A DNA stretch of 61,848 nt, counting the filler, from Hausera hauseri (Eukaryota): the NCBI GenBank assembly GCA_046269625.1. It is 12 parts of 12 records of this genome, joined end to end, with 100 filler letters (N's around TTAATTAATTAA, not from the genome) between each part and the next. Parts side by side here need not be neighbours in the genome. Positions count along the whole stretch, not along the records: positions 56,453 to 61,848 come from JBJURY010263065.1; 11 more parts are not named here. The stretch is one strand, 5' to 3'. Positions 57,876 through 61,848 of this stretch are shown here, one piece after another. The first letter of the stretch is position 1; every line of letters starts with the position of its first letter. The notes under the pieces were generated by a model. The model was not told the origin of the DNA and made no database searches. It worked only from the letters and a program-made list of their open reading frames with translations. The position numbers were made by a program, and so were the translations under genes.

Positions 57876-60800
57876 AAGAACAAACGAACGAAAGAAAGAC
57901 CGAACGACCGAACGAACGAACGAAAGGACGAAAGAACGAACGAATGAACGAACGAAAGAAGGAACAAATGAACAAAAGAACGAATGAACAAAAGAAAGAA
58001 CGAACGAAGGAACGAAGGAAAAAAAGAAAGAACGAAAGAAAGAACGAACGAACGAACGAACGAACGAAAGAACGAACGAACGAACGAAAGAACGAACCAA
58101 GGAACGAAGGAACGAAGGAAAGAACAAAAGAAAGAACAAACGAACGAACGAACGAACGAACGAACGAAAGGACGAAAGAACGAACGAATGAACGAACGAA
58201 AGAAGGAACAAATGAACGAAAGAACGAATGAACAAAAGAAAGAACGAACGAAGGAACGAAGGAAAGAAAGAAAGAACGAAAGAAAGAAAGAACGAACGAA
58301 CGAACGAAAGAACGAACGAACGAAAGAACGAACCAAGGAACGAAGGAACGAAGGAAAGAACAAAAGAAAGAACGAAGGAACGAACGAATGACCGAAAGAA
58401 AGAACGAACGAAAGAACGAACGAAAGAACAAAGGAACGAACGAAGGAAAGAAAGAACAAAGAACGAACGAACGAAATAAGGAACGATCGAACGAAAAAAC
58501 GAACGAAAGAAAGAATGAAAGAACAAATGAACGAACGAAGGAAGGAAGGAACGGAAGAACGGAAGAACGAAAGAACGAATGAAGGAACGATCAAACGAAC
58601 GAACGAAAGAAGGAAAGAAAGAACGAAAGAACGAAGAAACAAACAAACGAACGAAGGGAAGAAGGAACGTAGAAACTAAAGAAAGAACGAATGAAAGAAC
58701 TAACGAACGAACGAACGAACGAAGGAACGAAAGAAAGAACGAAGTAACAAACGAAGGAAAGAAGGAAGGATCGAAAGAAGGAACGAACGACGAAAGAAGG
58801 AAAGAATGAACGAACGAAGGAAAGAACGAAAGAGCGAACGAAGGAGAGAACAAAAGAAAGAACAAACGATCGAGCGAAAGAACAAACGAAAGAAAGAAAG
58901 AACGAAAGAAAGAATGAACGAATGAACGAAGGAAAGAACGAAAGAGCGAACGAAGGAGAGAACAAAAGAAAGAACAAACGATCGAGCGAAAGAACGAACG
59001 AAAGAAAGAAAGAACGAAAGAAAGAATGAACGAATGAACGAAGGAAAGAAATAATGAACGAACGAACGAACGAATGAATGAAAGATGGAACCAACGAATG
59101 AACAAAGAAACAAATGAACGAACGACCGAACGACCGAACGACCGAACGAGTGAAGTAACGGAAGGAGGGACGAAAGAAGGAACGAGAGAATGACAGAAAG
59201 AACGAAGGAACGAACGAACGAAGGAATGAACGAAAGAAAGAACGAACGAATGAACGATCGAAGAAACGAACGAACGAAGGAAAGAACGAACGATTGAACA
59301 AACGATAGAACGAAGGAAAGATTGAAAGAACGAACAAACGAATGAACGATCGAAAAAACGAACGAACGACGGAAAGAATGAACGAATGAAAGAATGAACG
59401 AAGGAAAGACCGAACGAATGAAAGAATGAAGGAACGAAGGAATGAACGAAGGAAAGAAAGAATGAACGAACGAACGAAGGAGCGAACGAAGGAAAGAAAG
59501 AACGAACGAAAGAATGAACGAACGATCGAACGAACGAATGAACGAAAGAACGAACGAACGTATGAACAATCGAACAAACGAACGAATGAACGAAAGAAGG
59601 AACGAATGAAAAAACGATAGAACGAACGAAAGATCGAAACAATGAACGAAAGAAAGAATGAAAGATCGAATGAACGAACGAAGGAAAGAAAGAACGAACG
59701 AAAAAATGAACGAATGAACGAAGGAAAGAAGGAATGAACGAACGAAGGAAAGAACGAATGAAAGACCGAACGGAGGAAAGAATGAACGAACGAAAGAAGG
59801 AATGAACGAAAGAGGGAAAGACAGTACGAACGAAAGAATGAAAGAACGAATGAACTAACGAAAGAACGAACGAATGAACGATCGAAAAAACGAACGAACG
59901 AAAGACAGAAAGGACGAATGAACAAACGAAAGAACGAAAGAAAGAACGAATAAAAGAACGAAAGAAAGAATGAAAGGACGAACGAATGAACAAAGGAAAA
60001 CAGAACGAAACAACGAACGATTGAACGAACGAACGAACGAAGGAGCGAACGATGGAAAGAAAGAAGGAACGAAAGAATGAAAGAACGAACGAAGGAAAGA
60101 ACGAAAGATCGAACGAACAAAAGAACAAACGAAAGAATGAACGAATGAAAGAATGAACGAATGAAAGAAGGAAAATCCGAACGAACTAAAGAACGAAGAA
60201 ACGAAGGAAAGAAAGAACGAATGAAAGAAAGAACGAACGAAAGAACGAATGAACGAACAAACGAACGAAAAGAGGAAAGAAAGAACGAGCGAAAGGATGA
60301 ATGAACGATATAACGAAAGAATGAACGAAAGAACGAACGAACAAATGAACGATCAAACAAACGAACGAACGAACGAAAAAAGGAACGAATGAACAAGCCA
60401 TAGGACGAATGAAATATCGAACGAATAAACGAAAGAAAGAATGAAAGATCGAACGAACGAAGGAAGGAAAGAAAGAACGAATGAACGAATGAACAAAAGA
60501 ACAAACGAAAGAACGAACGAACGAAAGAATGAACGAATGAACAAAAGAACGAAGGAAAGACCGAACGAACTAAAGAACGAAGGAACGAAGGAAAGAAAGA
60601 ACAAAGGAAAGAATGAGCGAGTGAACGAAGGAAAAAAGGAATGAACGAACGAACAAACGAACGAGTGAATTAACGGAAGGAGGGACGAAAGAAGGACCAA
60701 GAGGGCGAACGACCGAACGAACGAAAGAACGAACGGAAGAAAGAAGGAACGAGAGAACGACAGAAAGAACGAATGATCGAACGAACGAATGAATGAATGA

Positions 60801-61848
60801 AAGAAAGAACGAACGAATGAACGAAGGAACAAATGAACGAACGACCGAACGACCGAACGAGTGAAGTAACGGAAGGAGGGACTAAAGAAGGAACGAGAGA
60901 ACGACAGAAAGAACGAAGGAACGAACAAAGGAGCGAACGAAGGAAAGAACGAAAGATTGAACGAACAAAAGAACAAACAAAAGAATGAACGAATGAAAGA
61001 ATGAACGAATGAACGAATGAAGAAAGGAAAGACCGAACGAACTAAAGAACGAAGGAACGAAGCAAAGAAAGAACGAACGAAAGAAAGAACAAACGAAAGG
61101 ATGAATGAACAATATAACAAAAGAATGAACGAAAGAACGAACGAACAAATGAACGATCAAACAAACGAACGAACGAACAAAAGAAGGAACGAATGAACAA
61201 GCGATAAGACGAACGAAATATCGAACGAATGAACGAAAGAAAGAATGAAAGATCGAACGAACGAAGGAAGAAAAGAAAAAACAAATGAACGAATGAACAA
61301 AAGAACGAAGGAAAGATCGAACGAACTAAAGAACGAAGGAACGAAAAAAAGAAAGAACGAAGGAAAGAATGAACGAATGAACGAAGGAAAGAAGGAATGA
61401 ACGAACGAAAGGACGACCGAATGAACGAACAAACAAATGAACGAACGACCGAACGACCGAACGAGTGAAGTAACGGAAGGAGGGACGAAAGAAGGAACGA
61501 GAGAACGACAGAAAGAACGAACGAACGATTGAACGAACGAATGAACGAAAGAACGAACGAACGTATGAACGATCGAACAAATGAACGAATGAACGAAAGA
61601 AGGAACGAATGAACAAACGATAGAAAGAACGAAAGATCAAAAGAATGAACGAAAGAAAGAATGAAAGATCGAACGAACAAACGAAGGAAAGAAAGAATGA
61701 ACGAAAGAAGGAAGGAAAGACCGAAAGAACTAAAGTACGTAGGAACGAAAAAAAGAAAGAACAAACGAAAGAATGAACGAATGAACGAAGGAAAGAAGGA
61801 ATGAACGAACGAAGGAAAGAACGAATGAAAGACCGAACGGAGGAAAGA
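57876..61848. repeat. At least 4-kb degenerate (GAAC/GAAA/GAAG/GAAT)n satellite running off the window end
   Basis: Directly visible, with larger internal duplications. Confidence 0.97.

Noticed and set aside
52532-61764. Many long F/V/R/S-rich or E/R/T/N/K-rich ORFs (up to 751 aa)
   Set aside because: They are translations of TTCG/GAAC satellites that lack stop codons, or they run through N gaps.

Overview
This window is not one locus. It is 12 unrelated contigs or scaffolds joined by an artificial 100-nt spacer (N44-TTAATTAATTAA-N44), so adjacency only has meaning within a contig: 1-4478, 4579-8632, 8733-13802, 13903-17943, 18044-22964, 23065-28773, 28874-37714, 37815-43190, 43291-47359, 47460-51700, 51801-56352 and 56453-61848. 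Most of it is AT-rich animal DNA: decayed Gypsy-type LTR elements, two Polinton/Maverick-type protein-primed PolB relics, Tc1/mariner, RTE-like LINE ends, SINEs, two large satellites and one intact intronless gastropod-type chemoreceptor GPCR. One contig is GC-rich, looks bacterial, and is entirely an internal piece of a giant RTX-like repeat protein. Four things stand out. (i) At 47460-51700 a Gypsy integrase runs in one reading frame into a signal peptide, FN3-like domains, a furin site and a TM helix (an env-position protein with no recognisable fusogen), and then into an ORF with a catalytically degenerate REX4/ISG20-like DEDDh domain. (ii) At 43928-45064 an intact Cys-rich, Pro-rich and acidic ORF sits just before a PPT and putative LTR. 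(iii) Two in-frame chimeras of unrelated housekeeping-gene relics occur (NMD3::KDM5 and TTC21B::RRM1). (iv) The PolB relics lie next to TRAF/MATH and RING modules. All family calls come from motif recognition by eye, no database search was run, and boundaries of decayed features are approximate.
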